Part shown: positions 19,560 to 42,265 of the stretch, piece after piece
How positions within the stretch are numbered: position 1 is the stretch's first letter
How the letters are laid out: every line of letters begins with the position of its first letter
Assembly: GCA_965232105.1 (NCBI GenBank)
Contig: OZ246956.1
Span: 386,499-450,498, forward strand
From: Thermoanaerobaculia bacterium
GTDB taxonomy: Bacteria > Acidobacteriota > Thermoanaerobaculia > Multivoradales > Multivoraceae
Length of the DNA stretch: 64,000 bases
Direction of reading: 5' to 3'
Position numbers and translations under genes: made by a program
The notes under the pieces: model-generated
What the model was told of the DNA's origin: nothing
What the model saw: the letters and a program-made list of their open reading frames with translations, nothing else
Databases searched by the model: none

Positions 19560-20102
19560 CTAGACCGCCGCCGCCTTACCGACCTTGAGTCGGATGACCT
19601 CGTCGCTGTACCGGATGCCCTTGCCCTTGTACGCATCCGGCTTGCGCAGGCTGCGCAGGTCGGCCGCTACCTGCCCGACCTGCTGCTTGTCGATGCCGGA
19701 AACGGTAATCCGGTTCGCCCGATCGTCGATCGAAACGTCGATTCCGTCCGGAATCGAGTAGACCACGGGGTGGGAGTAGCCGAGCGCCATGTGGATTTCG
19801 CGCCACTTGACCTCTCCCCGGTAGCCAACGCCGACGATGTCCAGCTCTCGCCGGAAGCCCTCGGTGACGCCCACGACGGCGTTCGCGAGCAGCGCGCGAG
19901 CCAGCCCATGCAGAGCCCTCTCCGGTCCGCTCGAGCCCGAACGGTGCAGCGTGACGACGCGATCCTCCATCCGGACCTCGATGCCTGGCTGGAGCGGCTG
20001 TTCCAGCTTTCCCTTCGGACCCTCGATGGTTACCGTGCCGCCGTTCACCGCGACTTTCGCCGTGTCCGGCAGTGCAATCGGCGTCTTTCCTATGCGCGAC
20101 AT
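19560..20102 (-). CDS. rplF: 50S ribosomal protein L6
   Basis: Starts 'MSRIGKTPIALPDTAKVAVNGGTVTIEGPKGKL'. Confidence 0.95.
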   Translation of the reverse strand: MSRIGKTPIALPDTAKVAVNGGTVTIEGPKGKLEQPLQPGIEVRMEDRVVTLHRSGSSGPERALHGLARALLANAVVGVTEGFRRELDIVGVGYRGEVKWREIHMALGYSHPVVYSIPDGIDVSIDDRANRITVSGIDKQQVGQVAADLRSLRKPDAYKGKGIRYSDEVIRLKVGKAAAV

Positions 20103-20501
20103 CTAGTACACCTCGCAGAGAACTTCGCCGCCCACGCGCTGGCTCCGGGCCTGGGAATCCGTGAGCAGGCCCTTCGAGGTCGACAGGATCGCGACGCCCA
20201 GCCCGTTCAGAACCGGCTTCAGATCGTCGGCGCCCTGATAAATCCTGCGCCCGGGCTTGCTGATCTTCCGCACCTTGGTGATCGTCGGCACACCCTCCTT
20301 GCTGTAAGCCAGGAAGATCCGGAGCGTCCTGCCCGGCGGCGAATCGTAGACCTCGTAATGGCTGATGTAGCCCTGGTCCCGCAGCACACGGCACAGCGCG
20401 ATCTTCTGCTTCGAAGCCGGCGACTCGGTCTGATCGTGCTTGACGATCAGGGCGTTGCGAATCGTGGTCAGCAGATCCGCGATGGGGTCGGTCATGGTCA
20501 T
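20103..20501 (-). CDS. rpsH: 30S ribosomal protein S8
   Basis: Starts 'MTMTDPIADLLTTIRNA...'. Confidence 0.95.
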   Translation of the reverse strand: MTMTDPIADLLTTIRNALIVKHDQTESPASKQKIALCRVLRDQGYISHYEVYDSPPGRTLRIFLAYSKEGVPTITKVRKISKPGRRIYQGADDLKPVLNGLGVAILSTSKGLLTDSQARSQRVGGEVLCEVY

Positions 20502-20544
20502 CGTGACAATCCTTGGCCAATCATTGAAAGGGGCCGGTCTTCAC

Positions 20545-21093
20545 TCAGGTCGCGAACGGCATGCCGAGACCCCGCAGCAGGTGCAGCGCCTGCGCATCGG
20601 ACTCGGCCGAGGTGACGAGTGTGACGTTGATGCCCTTGGAACCGTCGCTCTTCGAGTAGTCGACCTCGGGGAAGATCAGGTGATCCCGGATACCCAGGGT
20701 GTAGCTGCCCCGTCCATCGAAGCTCCGGTCCGAGATGCCGCGGAAGTCCCGTACTCGCGGCAGCGCGACGGTGACCAGTCGATCGAGGAAGTGCCACATC
20801 CGGTCGCGGCGCAGCGTGACCCGGCAACCAATCGGCATTCCCTCACGCAACTTGAACGCGGCGATCGACTTGCGGGCACGGGTGACGACCGGCTGCTGAC
20901 CCGCGATCCGGGCCAGTTCGGGCACGGCGTTCTCCAGGATCTTGATGTTCTGGATCGCTTCGCCGATACCCATGTTGAGAACGATCTTCTCCAGCCGCGG
21001 CACCGCCATCGGGTTGGAGATGCCGAACTCCTGCTGGAGGGAGGCGACGACCTCCTCCTGGTACTGAGTTTTCAATCGGGGAACCATGGTCAT
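20545..21093 (-). CDS. rplE: 50S ribosomal protein L5
   Basis: 182 aa. Only 43 nt separate it from rpsH, so no rpsN lies between them. Confidence 0.95.
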   Translation of the reverse strand: MTMVPRLKTQYQEEVVASLQQEFGISNPMAVPRLEKIVLNMGIGEAIQNIKILENAVPELARIAGQQPVVTRARKSIAAFKLREGMPIGCRVTLRRDRMWHFLDRLVTVALPRVRDFRGISDRSFDGRGSYTLGIRDHLIFPEVDYSKSDGSKGINVTLVTSAESDAQALHLLRGLGMPFAT

Positions 21094-21110
21094 TCCTTCA
21101 AGTCACTGCC

Positions 21111-21449
21111 TCAACTCAACACCGCGCCGCTGACCTTGGCGTAGCGCGTCGACTTGCCGTCCTCGAGACGCCGCTTGCCAACCCGCGTCGGCTTGTCGGT
21201 GTCAGGGCAGATCACTTTGAGGTTCGAGAGGTGGATGGGCGCCTCCCGCTCCAGGATGCCTCCCTGTACCTGGCGCTGCGGGTTCGGCCGCTCGTGTTTC
21301 TTGACCAGATTCACGCGCTCGACGATCGCGCGGTTCCCGGATGGAAGCACCCGCAACACCTTGCTTCGCACGCCGCGGTTCCGGCCCGTGATGACCAGCA
21401 CCTCGTCGCCCTTCTTGATCTTCACCTTGTGTCTGCCAGATTTGGGCAT
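21111..21449 (-). CDS. rplX: 50S ribosomal protein L24
   Basis: Starts '[26 protein letters not shown]' (KOW domain). Confidence 0.95.
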   Translation of the reverse strand: MPKSGRHKVKIKKGDEVLVITGRNRGVRSKVLRVLPSGNRAIVERVNLVKKHERPNPQRQVQGGILEREAPIHLSNLKVICPDTDKPTRVGKRRLEDGKSTRYAKVSGAVLS

Positions 21450-21450
21450 T

Positions 21451-21819
21451 TCAGATCACCTCCGGCGCCAGAGAAACGATGCGCATGAAGCGCCGCTCGC
21501 GCAGCTCGCGGGCGACCGGGCCGAAGACGCGGGTTCCGATCGGTTCCTGCGCCTCGTTGATCAGCACCGCGGCGTTGTTGTCGAAGCGGATGTAGCTCCC
21601 GTCCTTGCGGCGGCGCTCCTTGCGTGTCCGCACGATCACCGCGCGCACGACCTGACCCTTCTTGACCGTGCCCTCGGGCACAGCCTCCTTGACCGAGGCG
21701 GTGATCACGTCGCCCAAGGTGCCGTACTGCCCGGTGGAGCCGCCCCGCAGCTGAATGCAGGCGATTCTCTTGGCCCCCGAGTTGTCGGCGACGTCGAGCA
21801 CCGTTCCCATCTGAATCAT
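21451..21819 (-). CDS. rplN: 50S ribosomal protein L14
   Basis: Starts '[23 protein letters not shown]...'; ATG at 21819. The ORF track over-extends the gene 5'. Confidence 0.95.
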   Translation of the reverse strand: MIQMGTVLDVADNSGAKRIACIQLRGGSTGQYGTLGDVITASVKEAVPEGTVKKGQVVRAVIVRTRKERRRKDGSYIRFDNNAAVLINEAQEPIGTRVFGPVARELRERRFMRIVSLAPEVI

Positions 21820-21827
21820 CGCCGCAC

Positions 21828-22103
21828 CTATCCTTCCGCGCGCTTGACGATCCGCTGTACGCGCCAGCGCTTGCGGCGTGACATCGGCCGGGTCGAGACG
21901 AGGGAAACGACGTCCCCCTCCCGGCACTCATTCGATTCATCGTGCGCCACGCACCGAGAAGACTTCTTCATCAGGCGGTGGTACAGCCGGTGCATGACCG
22001 TCTTCTCGACCGCCACAACGACTGTCTTGTCCATCTTGGCGCTGACCACCTGGCCCACCCGGACCTGGCGGCGGCCGCGCGCTTGTTGCTGCTCCACGCT
22101 CAT
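21828..22103 (-). CDS. rpsQ: 30S ribosomal protein S17
   Basis: 91 aa, OB fold, '...[22 protein letters not shown]'. Confidence 0.9.
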   Translation of the reverse strand: MSVEQQQARGRRQVRVGQVVSAKMDKTVVVAVEKTVMHRLYHRLMKKSSRCVAHDESNECREGDVVSLVSTRPMSRRKRWRVQRIVKRAEG

Positions 22104-22297
22104 GTCGTTCCTGTCGCTCTCTCGCGCCTGACCGTGAGGACCCGCGCCAACTCGACCCGGGCCTCTCTGATCCTGCTCGGCTTCTCCAGTTGACCGATCG
22201 ACTTCTGCAGCCGCAGGGCGAACAACCGGTCTGCCAGTTCTTCCTCCTTCTGCCGCAGTTCGTCGACGGTCAGCTCTCTGATTTCGCTTGCCTTCAT
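22100..22297 (-). CDS. rpmC: 50S ribosomal protein L29
   Basis: Starts 'MKASEIRELTVDELRQKEEELADRLFALRLQKSIGQLE...'; ATG at 22297. The ORF track fuses it to an upstream spurious frame. Confidence 0.9.
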   Translation of the reverse strand: MKASEIRELTVDELRQKEEELADRLFALRLQKSIGQLEKPSRIREARVELARVLTVRRERATGTT

Positions 22298-22308
22298 CGT
22301 CTCAACCT

Positions 22309-22728
22309 CTAGACCTGCGCGCCGTGGCGCCCGACGAAACGGGTCTTGATCCCGAGCTTGTGGGAAGCCAGCCTCATCGCCGACTTCGCCAGCTCCGGCG
22401 ACACGCCCTCGAGCTCGTACAGAATGCGGGCGGGCCGGACGACCGCAACCCACTCCTCCGGGTTGCCCTTGCCCTTGCCCATCCGCGTTTCCAGAGGCTT
22501 CTTCGTGATCGGCTTGTCCGGAAAAACCCGGATCCAGACCTTGCCGCTCCGCTTGATGTGGCGGGTGATCGCGATTCGCGCGGCCTCGATCTGGCGGGCG
22601 GTGACCCAACCGGCCTCCTGCGCCTGCAGACCGTACTCGCCAAAGGCGACGGTGTTGCCGCCCTTGGCCAGACCGCGGCGACGGCCGCGGTGATGCTTGC
22701 GGAACTTGACCTTCTTCGGCATCAACAT
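22309..22728 (-). CDS. rplP: 50S ribosomal protein L16
   Basis: Starts '[24 protein letters not shown]...'. Confidence 0.95.
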   Translation of the reverse strand: MLMPKKVKFRKHHRGRRRGLAKGGNTVAFGEYGLQAQEAGWVTARQIEAARIAITRHIKRSGKVWIRVFPDKPITKKPLETRMGKGKGNPEEWVAVVRPARILYELEGVSPELAKSAMRLASHKLGIKTRFVGRHGAQV

Positions 22729-22769
22729 CGTTCGTTACCCCTTTGAATCTCCAGGCGTCCCGCCACGCT

Positions 22770-23420
22770 CTAGGCCACCGCGCGGCGACCGCGTTCCCGC
22801 GAAAGATCACCGCGGTAGACCCAGACCTTGACCCCGATCACACCGTAGGTCGTGAACGCCTCGGCGAAGCCGTAGTCGATGTCGGCCTTCAGAGTGTGCA
22901 GCGGCAACCGCCCTTCCTGGTACCACTCGGTACGGGCGATCTCGTTGCCGCCGAGCCGACCCGAAACCATGATCTTGACACCCTTCGCGCCGAAACGGAA
23001 GGCCGATTCCATCGCCTTCTTCATCGCCCGACGGAACGCGACCCGGCGCAGGAGCTGCCCCGTGATCGCCTCGGCCACGAGCTGGGCATCGAGTTCAGGA
23101 CGCTGAATCTCCTGGATGTTGATGTGGACTTCCCGCCCCATCTGCCGGCTCAGGTCGTCGCGCAGCTTGTCCACCTCCGCGCCCTTGCGGCCGATGATGA
23201 TGCCCGGACGCGACGTGTAGATCGTGACGCGCAGCTTGTCCGCGGCGCGCTCGATGTCGATCTGGCTCACGCCCGCATGCATCAGGCGCTTCTTCAGACC
23301 GGTCCGCAACTCGATGTCCGAGTGCAGAGTGCTGGCGTAGTCCCGTTCGGCGTACCAGCGCGAGTGCCAGCCCTGGTTGTAGACCAAACGAAAGCCGTAC
23401 GGATGTGTCTTCTGACCCAT
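22770..23420 (-). CDS. rpsC: 30S ribosomal protein S3
   Basis: Starts '[25 protein letters not shown]...' (KH domain). Confidence 0.95.
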   Translation of the reverse strand: MGQKTHPYGFRLVYNQGWHSRWYAERDYASTLHSDIELRTGLKKRLMHAGVSQIDIERAADKLRVTIYTSRPGIIIGRKGAEVDKLRDDLSRQMGREVHINIQEIQRPELDAQLVAEAITGQLLRRVAFRRAMKKAMESAFRFGAKGVKIMVSGRLGGNEIARTEWYQEGRLPLHTLKADIDYGFAEAFTTYGVIGVKVWVYRGDLSRERGRRAVA

Positions 23421-23428
23421 GAGCGCTC

Positions 23429-23818
23429 CTACGTTGCCTCGGTCGACTGACCGCGGGAATCGAGCTTGATCGTGACGTGGCTCTGCCGCTTGAGAATCCG
23501 GAACGCCCGGCCCATGGGCTGCGGGCGCAGGCGCTTCAGCGTCGGGCCACCGTCCACGAAGATCTCCTTGACGTAGAGCTGCCCCACGTCGATCCCCCCC
23601 TGCTGGTTCTCCGCGCGGTTCTCGGCGTTGGCTACCGCCGACCGCAGCAGCTTGGAAATCGGCCGTGCCGCTGCCTTGGTGCTCAACTGCAGCATCGTCG
23701 CGGCTTCCTCGACGTCCCGGCCGCGGATCAGGTCCGCCACCAGGCGCACCTTCTGCGGCGACGCCTGCAGGTACCTGAGTCGGGCGATTGATTCCATCGT
23801 TCTGTTCTCTCTCTCCAA
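23429..23818 (-). CDS. rplV: 50S ribosomal protein L22
   Basis: '...[28 protein letters not shown]...'. The alternative ATG at 23797 ('MESIARL...') may be the true start. Confidence 0.9.
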   Translation of the reverse strand: MERENRTMESIARLRYLQASPQKVRLVADLIRGRDVEEAATMLQLSTKAAARPISKLLRSAVANAENRAENQQGGIDVGQLYVKEIFVDGGPTLKRLRPQPMGRAFRILKRQSHVTIKLDSRGQSTEAT

Positions 23819-24106
23819 CTACCGGGGGCGCGCTCGGCGCTCCCTCCTGCCGCCGGCATGACCACGGAACGTCCGGGTTTGAGCGAACTCTCCGAGCTTG
23901 TGGCCGACCATGTTCTCGCTGATGAAGACCGGAATGAACTTCATCCCGTTGTGGACGGCGACGGTGTGACCCACCATCTCCGGAATGATCGTGGACCGGC
24001 GCGACCAGGTCTTGATGACCCTCCGGTCATGGCCCGCGTTCATCGCGACCACCTTGTCGTACAGGTGATTGTCGATGAAGAAACCCTTCTTGAGTGAACG
24101 TCCCAT
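23819..24106 (-). CDS. rpsS: 30S ribosomal protein S19
   Basis: Starts '[19 protein letters not shown]...'. Confidence 0.95.
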   Translation of the reverse strand: MGRSLKKGFFIDNHLYDKVVAMNAGHDRRVIKTWSRRSTIIPEMVGHTVAVHNGMKFIPVFISENMVGHKLGEFAQTRTFRGHAGGRRERRARPR

Positions 24107-24136
24107 GCTGACCTCTGTTTCGTGCTCTCGCCTGAC

Positions 24137-24967
24137 CTACTTGCGACGTGCCCGTCGCCGTACGATCATGCCGCTCGTGCGCTTGTTCCTGCGTGTCTTG
24201 TAGCCCTTGGTCGGTTTGCCCCAGGGCGTCGTCGGATGCCGTCCACCGGAGGCCTTGCCCTCGCCGCCGCCCATCGGATGGTCGACCGGATTCATCGACA
24301 CGCCGCGGTTGTGCGGCCGGCGGCCACGCCAGCGCTTGCGGCCGGCCTTTCCGAGCGCGATGTTCGAATGCTCCGAGTTGCTGACCTGGCCGATCGTGGC
24401 GGAACAGTCGATGTGAACGCGGCGGACCTCCCCCGACGGGAGGCGGACCTGAGCGTAGACGCCTTCCTTGGCCATCAACTGGGCGCCGGTGCCGGCGCTG
24501 CGCACCATCTGGCCGCCGCCGCCGATCTTCAGTTCGATGTTGTGGATCATCGTGCCCAGGGGGATGAACCGGATCGGCAAGCAGTTGCCCACGTCGATCT
24601 CCGAGCCCTCGCCGGCCTGGACCACGGCGCCCACCTTCAGCCCCTGGGGGTGGAGGATGTAGCGCTTCTCTCCATCGGCGTAGTGCAGCAGGGAGATCAG
24701 CGCGCTACGGTTCGGGTCGTACTCGATCGTCGCCACCTTGGCGGGCACGCCGACCTTGTCGCGCCGGAAGTCGATCCGCCGGTAGCGCCGCTTGTGGCCT
24801 CCGCCCCGGAACCGCAACGTCTGCCTGCCCTTGTTGTTGCGGCCGCCGATCCGCTTCTTGCCCTCAACGAGGGGCTTGTGCGGCCGGTCCGTCGTGACTC
24901 CCTCCCGACGCGCGTACTCCTGGAAGCGGCTGCCGGGATTTGTCGGCTTGAGTTTCTTGATCGCCAT
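24137..24967 (-). CDS. rplB: 50S ribosomal protein L2
   Basis: 276 aa starting '[16 protein letters not shown]...' with the '[11 protein letters not shown]' motif. Confidence 0.95.
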   Translation of the reverse strand: MAIKKLKPTNPGSRFQEYARREGVTTDRPHKPLVEGKKRIGGRNNKGRQTLRFRGGGHKRRYRRIDFRRDKVGVPAKVATIEYDPNRSALISLLHYADGEKRYILHPQGLKVGAVVQAGEGSEIDVGNCLPIRFIPLGTMIHNIELKIGGGGQMVRSAGTGAQLMAKEGVYAQVRLPSGEVRRVHIDCSATIGQVSNSEHSNIALGKAGRKRWRGRRPHNRGVSMNPVDHPMGGGEGKASGGRHPTTPWGKPTKGYKTRRNKRTSGMIVRRRARRK

Positions 24968-24982
24968 TTTCTTCGGCTCTCG

Positions 24983-25270
24983 TTACACGTTGTCGAAGAG
25001 GTCGATCTGGCCCTCGGCCAGCCGTACGTATGCCTTTTTCCAGTCGGGGCGACGACCGACGAAGCGGCCCTGGCGGCGAACCTTCCCGTGCATGTTCACG
25101 ATCCGGACTTCCGCCACCTTGACACCCTGGAACTGGGCCTCCACCGCGCGTCGCACCTCGATCTTGTTGGCTCGGGAGTCGACGACGAAGGCAATGATGT
25201 TCCGATCGTCACGGAGCTCGGTCGACTTCTCGGTAATCAGCGGCCGACGCAGGATTTCCTGCACTCTCAT
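24983..25270 (-). CDS. rplW: 50S ribosomal protein L23
   Basis: 95 aa. Confidence 0.9.
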   Translation of the reverse strand: MRVQEILRRPLITEKSTELRDDRNIIAFVVDSRANKIEVRRAVEAQFQGVKVAEVRIVNMHGKVRRQGRFVGRRPDWKKAYVRLAEGQIDLFDNV

Positions 25271-25917
25271 GACGCGCTCCCGTTCTTCCGCTGCTTCCGC
25301 AGCACGGCGGACAGGCGGCCGATCGCGGTCTCGCTGAACAGCACGTAGCCGCGATCGACGACATCGTAGACATTCACGCCCAGGGCGTCGACGGTCTTGA
25401 GCTGCGGATGGTTGCGGGACGCCAGGATCAGGTTGCGGTTGCCGTGGTCGTCGACGATCAGCGTCTTCTCGTCGATGCCGAGCCCTTGGAGACGCGCCGC
25501 GAAGGCGCCCGTCTTGTGACTGTCGAGATCAAGCGAGTCGACGACCATGATCCGCTCTTCCGCCAGCTTGCGCGAAAGCGCCGACTTGAGGGCATTGCGC
25601 TTCTCGTTCCGCGACAGCTTGTTGCGGTGACTGCGGGTCCGGGGACCATGAACGACGCCGCCGCCGCGGCGCAGCGGCGAGCGGATGCTGCCGGCGCGGG
25701 CTCGACCGGTGCCCTTCTGCCGATGCGGCTTTGCCCCGCCGCCGCGCACCTGATGCCTGCCCTTGACGCTGTGCGTACCGGCCCGCCGCGCGGCCCGGAC
25801 CGAAACGACCGCCAGGTGGATCAGGTGCTCGTTGTACGGGTACGTGAAGACCTCTTCCGGCAGGTCCAGGCTGCCTACTTCCTCGTTGGCGAGGCTCCTG
25901 ATCGCGACCTTGGGCAT
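25267..25917 (-). CDS. rplD: 50S ribosomal protein L4
   Basis: Starts '[24 protein letters not shown]...'. The ATG at 25917 overlaps the rplC stop (TGATG). The ORF track over-extends the gene 5'. Confidence 0.9.
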   Translation of the reverse strand: MPKVAIRSLANEEVGSLDLPEEVFTYPYNEHLIHLAVVSVRAARRAGTHSVKGRHQVRGGGAKPHRQKGTGRARAGSIRSPLRRGGGVVHGPRTRSHRNKLSRNEKRNALKSALSRKLAEERIMVVDSLDLDSHKTGAFAARLQGLGIDEKTLIVDDHGNRNLILASRNHPQLKTVDALGVNVYDVVDRGYVLFSETAIGRLSAVLRKQRKNGSAS

Positions 25918-26606
25918 CAGTACGAACTCCGAACCATGACCAGACCGTTGCGGCCGCCGGGAACTGCTCCACGCAGATAGAGAAGACGATTCTCCTCGTC
26001 CACCTTGACCACCTTCAGCTTCTTCGTCGTCACCCGCTTGCCGCCCATCCGGCCCGGGAACCTCATGCCCGGGAAGACACGCGAGGGACTCGCAGACTGT
26101 CCGACCGAACCCGGCGCGCGATGGAACATCGAGCCGTGTGTGGCTCGGCCGCCCCCGAAGCCGTGGCGGCGCATGACGCCCTGGAATCCCTTCCCCTTGC
26201 CGGTCCCGATCACGTCGACACGGGAGCCGACCTCGAAGATCGAGACGCCGATCTCGTCGCCCGGCTGCGACTCGTTCGCCGCCTCGACCCGCACCTCCGC
26301 CAGGTGGCGCATCGCCTCGACGCCGGCCTTCTTGAAGTGACCCCGACGCGCCTCGGTGACGCTTCTCGGCGGCCGCTTCTCGACCAGGCCGATCTGCACC
26401 GCCTCGTAGCCGTCGGACTCCGCCGTCTTTCGTTGCACGACCCGGCACGGGCCGACCTCCAGGACGGTCACCGGCACCGCGGCGCCGTCCTCGGCGTAGA
26501 TCTGCGTCATGCCGATCTTGCGCCCGAGCAATCCCTTGTTTTCACTCACCGTCCTGATCCCCTCGCTTGATCCGCCACTCAACTGCCGGTTCAACTCCCC
26601 GTTCAA
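25917..26606 (-). CDS. rplC: 50S ribosomal protein L3
   Basis: Contains '...[17 protein letters not shown]...'. ATG at 26606 overlaps the rpsJ stop (ATGA). An alternative GTG start at 26549 would remove a 19-aa N-terminal extension. Confidence 0.9.
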   Translation of the reverse strand: MNGELNRQLSGGSSEGIRTVSENKGLLGRKIGMTQIYAEDGAAVPVTVLEVGPCRVVQRKTAESDGYEAVQIGLVEKRPPRSVTEARRGHFKKAGVEAMRHLAEVRVEAANESQPGDEIGVSIFEVGSRVDVIGTGKGKGFQGVMRRHGFGGGRATHGSMFHRAPGSVGQSASPSRVFPGMRFPGRMGGKRVTTKKLKVVKVDEENRLLYLRGAVPGGRNGLVMVRSSY

Positions 26607-26920
26607 CTTCCGAAGGCCTTGATCTCGACATCGACACCCGCCGGAAGCTCGAGCTTCATCAGCGCGTCGACGGTCTGGCTGGTCGGTTCGAAGATGTCGA
26701 GCAACCGCTTGTGAGTGCGGATCTCGAACTGCTCCCGCGACTTCTTGTCCACGTGCGGTGAGCGATTCACCGTGTAGCGGGCAATGTGGGTCGGCAACGG
26801 GATCGGCCCGACCACGCGCGCGCCACTACGCCGCGCGGTGTCGACGATCTCGTGCGTCGACGTATCCAGAATGCGGTAGTCGAAGGCCTTGAGCCGAATA
26901 CGGATCTTCTCGTTCACCAT
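26603..26920 (-). CDS. rpsJ: 30S ribosomal protein S10
   Basis: Starts '[19 protein letters not shown]...'. Confidence 0.95.
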   Translation of the reverse strand: MVNEKIRIRLKAFDYRILDTSTHEIVDTARRSGARVVGPIPLPTHIARYTVNRSPHVDKKSREQFEIRTHKRLLDIFEPTSQTVDALMKLELPAGVDVEIKAFGS

Positions 26921-26968
26921 TTCTGCCTGATCCCAACCTTCCTCGAATGCGTACCGCGCCTGAAATTT

Positions 26969-28162
<1,194 letters not shown>

Positions 28163-28279
28163 TGCGGTGCTCCTGCTATCTCTGTTTGATGCCTGGTTGT
28201 CTTGTCTGGCTGGTTGTCTTTTCCGGAGGGGTGTCTGTAAAGACTGCTGCTGAACGGTTGGCGGCCGGGCCCGTTGGGC

Positions 28280-30352
<2,073 letters not shown>

Positions 30353-30610
30353 GACGCGCTGAGGCTAGTCGGGTTGGGGCTGAAATCGGGTCTGGGGTGT
30401 GGTCGGCCGGTTGGGATGGAGTCGGTTCGGGAGGCGTTCGTCGTTCGAAGATCGGAAAGCAGGTGAAGGGGTAGCAAACGGATGAAGGGGTACGAGGCGT
30501 GTTTGACGCCGCTCCATATGGAAAAGCGGGCGGCGCGGGGAATGGGCCGTGAACAACCGAGGAGCAGGGAACGATGCGGGCACCGGCCAAGGCGGCACCG
30601 CGATCATCCG

Positions 30611-31084
30611 CTACCAGCGGTAGTGGGAAAAGGCCCTGTTCGCTTCTGCCATCCGGTGGGTGTCCTCTTTCCTCTTGATCGCCACTCCACGGTTCTCGGC
30701 CGCGTCGAGCAACTCGCCGGCCAACCGTAGTCTCATCGTCTTCTCACTGCGGCCCTTCGCCGCCTGAATCAGCCATCGCATGGCCAGGGCCAGCTTGCGC
30801 GCGGGCCGCACCTCGATCGGAACCTGGTAGGTCGAGCCGCCAACGCGTCTCGACTTGACTTCCACCGCCGGCTTCACGTTGTCGATCGCCTTCTGGAAGA
30901 CGGCCACCGGATCCTCCTCGCCGGTGCGCTCCTTGATCGTGTTCAGAGCGTCGTAGAGGATGCGTTCGGCGATGGACTTCTTGCCGTCCTTCATCAGGAC
31001 GTTGACGAACTTGCTGACCAACTGCGAGTTGTACAGCGGGTCGGGCAGGATCTGGCGCTTGGGGACTTCGCGGCGTCGAGGCAT
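30611..31084 (-). CDS. rpsG: 30S ribosomal protein S7
   Basis: Starts '[20 protein letters not shown]...'. Confidence 0.95.
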   Translation of the reverse strand: MPRRREVPKRQILPDPLYNSQLVSKFVNVLMKDGKKSIAERILYDALNTIKERTGEEDPVAVFQKAIDNVKPAVEVKSRRVGGSTYQVPIEVRPARKLALAMRWLIQAAKGRSEKTMRLRLAGELLDAAENRGVAIKRKEDTHRMAEANRAFSHYRW

Positions 31085-31102
31085 CGTTCAGGTTCCTCCG
31101 AC

Positions 31103-31477
31103 TCAGTTCTTGGGCCGCTTGGCGCCGTACTTGGATCGCCCCCGGCGGCGTTCATCGACGCCGACGGCATCCAGTGTGCCGCGAATCACATGGTAACGAA
31201 CGCCGGGCAGATCCTTCACCCGGCCGCCGCGAATGAGCACGATCGAGTGCTCCTGGAGATTGTGCCCAACGCCGGGAATGTAGGTCGTGACCTCGATGCC
31301 GTTCGTCAGCCGAACGCGCGCCACCTTGCGCAGGGCCGAGTTCGGCTTCTTCGGCGTCTGCGTATACACGCGCACGCACACGCCGCGCCTCTGCGGCGAA
31401 CCCTGGAGCGCCGGACTCTTGGTCTTTGTGACCTGGCGCTGGCGGCCCTTGCGGACCAGTTGGCGAATGGTGGGCAT
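31103..31477 (-). CDS. rpsL: 30S ribosomal protein S12
   Basis: Starts '[13 protein letters not shown]...'; ATG at 31477 preceded by AGGAG. The ORF track over-extends the gene 5'. Confidence 0.95.
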   Translation of the reverse strand: MPTIRQLVRKGRQRQVTKTKSPALQGSPQRRGVCVRVYTQTPKKPNSALRKVARVRLTNGIEVTTYIPGVGHNLQEHSIVLIRGGRVKDLPGVRYHVIRGTLDAVGVDERRRGRSKYGAKRPKN

Positions 31478-31556
31478 CAATACTCCTGCTTGACGGCACA
31501 AGAAACCGGCCGATCGGGCTAGGACCCGAAGCCGGAGCGATCGGACCTAACTGACC

Positions 31557-31601
31557 GCGCGCAGCGTTTTGCGCTGCGCGCAGCACCGGGTGGGTACCCG
31601 G
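31557..31601 (-). terminator. Pair of GC hairpins between rpoC stop and rpsL (putative rpoBC terminator/attenuator; no U-tract)
   Basis: GCGCGCAGCG-TTTTG-CGCTGCGCGC (10-bp stem) followed by CCGGGT-GGGT-ACCCGG. Confidence 0.3.
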
Positions 31602-31783
31602 TTCAAGGCCTGGCTCGCAGACGTGGTGGTGGACTCTCTCTTTGGCCCGCTCCGCGCGAGCCGCACAAGGGCGCGAACGTTAGCAGAAACCTGAGAACCG
31701 GGGAAGCCCCGAAGGGGAAGTCTCAGTTGCCGTCCAGCGGGAACAGGTCCCTGGTGGCCGGACGGCGTCCAGCGGACAGACCG

Positions 31784-35974
<4,191 letters not shown>

Positions 35975-35987
35975 CAGGCGACCTCCC

Positions 35988-40259
<4,272 letters not shown>

Positions 40260-40502
40260 GCTTCGATGTCTCCTACTTCAGGTCCTCTGGGCTCAGGCGC
40301 GAGCAAGGCAGGTGCTGCAACCGAGGGGCGACGAGCGCAATGCCCCCGGAGTGGATCCGCCTCGCTTCGGCGAGCGGACAGGGAACGGTAGGGCTGGAGC
40401 GACGGGGCAACCACACGAACGCCACCCCGGCGCCGAGTGCCGGGTCGAGGTTGGCCGACGTGATTCTACGCCGACCCGGGAGAAGATCGCCAGCCGGAAT
40501 GG

Positions 40503-40883
40503 CTACTTGACCTCGGCCTGCCCGCCGGCCTCCTCGATTTTCGACTTGACCTCGTCGGCCTCGTCCTTCGAGACACCTTCCTTGACGGCGACCGGCGCCG
40601 ATTCGACCAGGTCCTTGGCTTCCTTCAAACCGAGGCTCGTGACTTCGCGCACGACCTTGATGACGGCGATCTTCTTGTCGCCGAACGAGGTCAACTGCAC
40701 ATCGAACTCGGTCTGCTCTTCGGCCTCTTCGGCCTCGCCGCCGCCACCGGCCGCGGCCACCGGGACCGCCGCCGCCGCCGCCGACACACCGTAATGATCT
40801 TCGAGCTCCTTGACCAGCGTGTTCAGCTCGAGCACGGTCATCTCGTCGATCTGCTTGATCAGCTCCGCTGCTGCTACTGCCAT
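40503..40883 (-). CDS. rplL: 50S ribosomal protein L7/L12
   Basis: 126 aa with an Ala/Glu-rich hinge and the C-terminal '[11 protein letters not shown]' motif. Confidence 0.95.
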   Translation of the reverse strand: MAVAAAELIKQIDEMTVLELNTLVKELEDHYGVSAAAAAVPVAAAGGGGEAEEAEEQTEFDVQLTSFGDKKIAVIKVVREVTSLGLKEAKDLVESAPVAVKEGVSKDEADEVKSKIEEAGGQAEVK

Positions 40884-40958
40884 TTCCTTGGATCCCCTTC
40901 CTGTTCAGCGGCGCCGGTCGGGCGCCGCGGTTCCAAACATCGTTGACTGGGGCTACGG

Positions 40959-41486
40959 TCAGCCCTCTTCCTTCTGGCTTGCAATCTCGTTCAGGGTGCG
41001 CAGGAACTGCGGCGTCACGTCGCCCAGACCCCGCACCAACCGTGCAATCGGCGACTGGAGCAGGAACAGGAGCTTCGCCACCAGAGCCTCCCGACTCGGC
41101 ATGTTGGCGATCTCCTGTATCGCGTCGGCGGAAACCGCCTGGCCGTCCACCAGGCCGGCCTTGAATTCGATCACCGGCACGTCCTTCGCGAACTCGGTCA
41201 GCGTCCTCGCCAACCCGACCGGATCGTTCTCGCTGTACGCGATCGCGGTCGGCCCGGCCAGGTGCTCCGAGAGAGAGCCAAGGCTGCTGTCTTCGAAAGC
41301 GAGCTTGGCGATCCGGTTCTTCACCACCGAGTAGCTGCCGCCGGCGGTTCGCACCCGGCGCCGCAGGTCGTCGACCTGCCCCACCGTGATGCCGGAGAAT
41401 CCAACCAGGAACGCATGTGGCACTCCGGCCATGTCGCTCTGGTAGTTGGCCAGCAACTCGGCCTTCGTCTCCCGTGTCAGTGCCAT
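40959..41486 (-). CDS. rplJ: 50S ribosomal protein L10
   Basis: 175 aa. Confidence 0.9.
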   Translation of the reverse strand: MALTRETKAELLANYQSDMAGVPHAFLVGFSGITVGQVDDLRRRVRTAGGSYSVVKNRIAKLAFEDSSLGSLSEHLAGPTAIAYSENDPVGLARTLTEFAKDVPVIEFKAGLVDGQAVSADAIQEIANMPSREALVAKLLFLLQSPIARLVRGLGDVTPQFLRTLNEIASQKEEG

Positions 41487-41516
41487 TCCGACTCTCCTCC
41501 AGACAGTCCCGGTCGC

Positions 41517-42221
41517 TTACGACGCTTCCACGGCAGCGGCTTCAGCCGCGTCGACCCGAACGCCCGGGCCCATCGTGGAACTCAGGTTCACCGAGCGGAC
41601 GTACGTACCCTTGGACGCGCTGGGCCGCGCACGGACCACTTCGGCCAACAGCACCGCGGCGTTTTCCTTCAAGCGCTCCGTGTCGAACGAAACCTTGCCC
41701 AGGGGCGCATGGATGATTCCGGCCTTGTCCACCCGGAAGTTGACCTTGCCCGCCTTGATGTCCCCGATGGCTTTCGCCACGTCGACGGTGACGGTCCCGG
41801 TCTTCGGGTTGGGCATCAGACCGCGGGGGCCCAGCACGCGACCCAGCCGCCCCACGACACGCATCATGTCCGGTGTCGCGACGACGGCGTCGAAGTCCAG
41901 CCAGCCGCCCTGAATCTTCTTTGCCAGCTCCTCGCCGCCGACTTCGTCGGCGCCGGCAGCCTCGGCCTCCTGGAGTTTCTCACCGGAGGCGAACACCAGC
42001 ACCCGAACGGTGCGTCCGGTGCCGTGCGGCAGCACGACCGTGCCGCGCACCATCTGATCCGCGTGCTTGGGGTCCACACCCAGGCGAATCGCGATCTCCA
42101 CCGTCTCGTCGAAGCCGGCGAAGCTGCCGTTCTTGACGTGCTCCAGAGCCTCGTCGAGTCCGTGCTGGCGGTCGCCTATCGCCGCCTTTGCCTCTCTGTA
42201 CTTCCTGCCTTCCTTGGCCAC
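41517..42221 (-). CDS. rplA: 50S ribosomal protein L1
   Basis: GTG start at 42221 with RBS AAGGAG, giving '[19 protein letters not shown]...'. The ORF track's longer 5' extension would overlap rplK. Confidence 0.9.
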   Translation of the reverse strand: MAKEGRKYREAKAAIGDRQHGLDEALEHVKNGSFAGFDETVEIAIRLGVDPKHADQMVRGTVVLPHGTGRTVRVLVFASGEKLQEAEAAGADEVGGEELAKKIQGGWLDFDAVVATPDMMRVVGRLGRVLGPRGLMPNPKTGTVTVDVAKAIGDIKAGKVNFRVDKAGIIHAPLGKVSFDTERLKENAAVLLAEVVRARPSASKGTYVRSVNLSSTMGPGVRVDAAEAAAVEAS

Positions 42222-42265
42222 GCTCGTTCTCCTTGCCCAGTGTTCCCTTGACGCCTCGACGCCGA

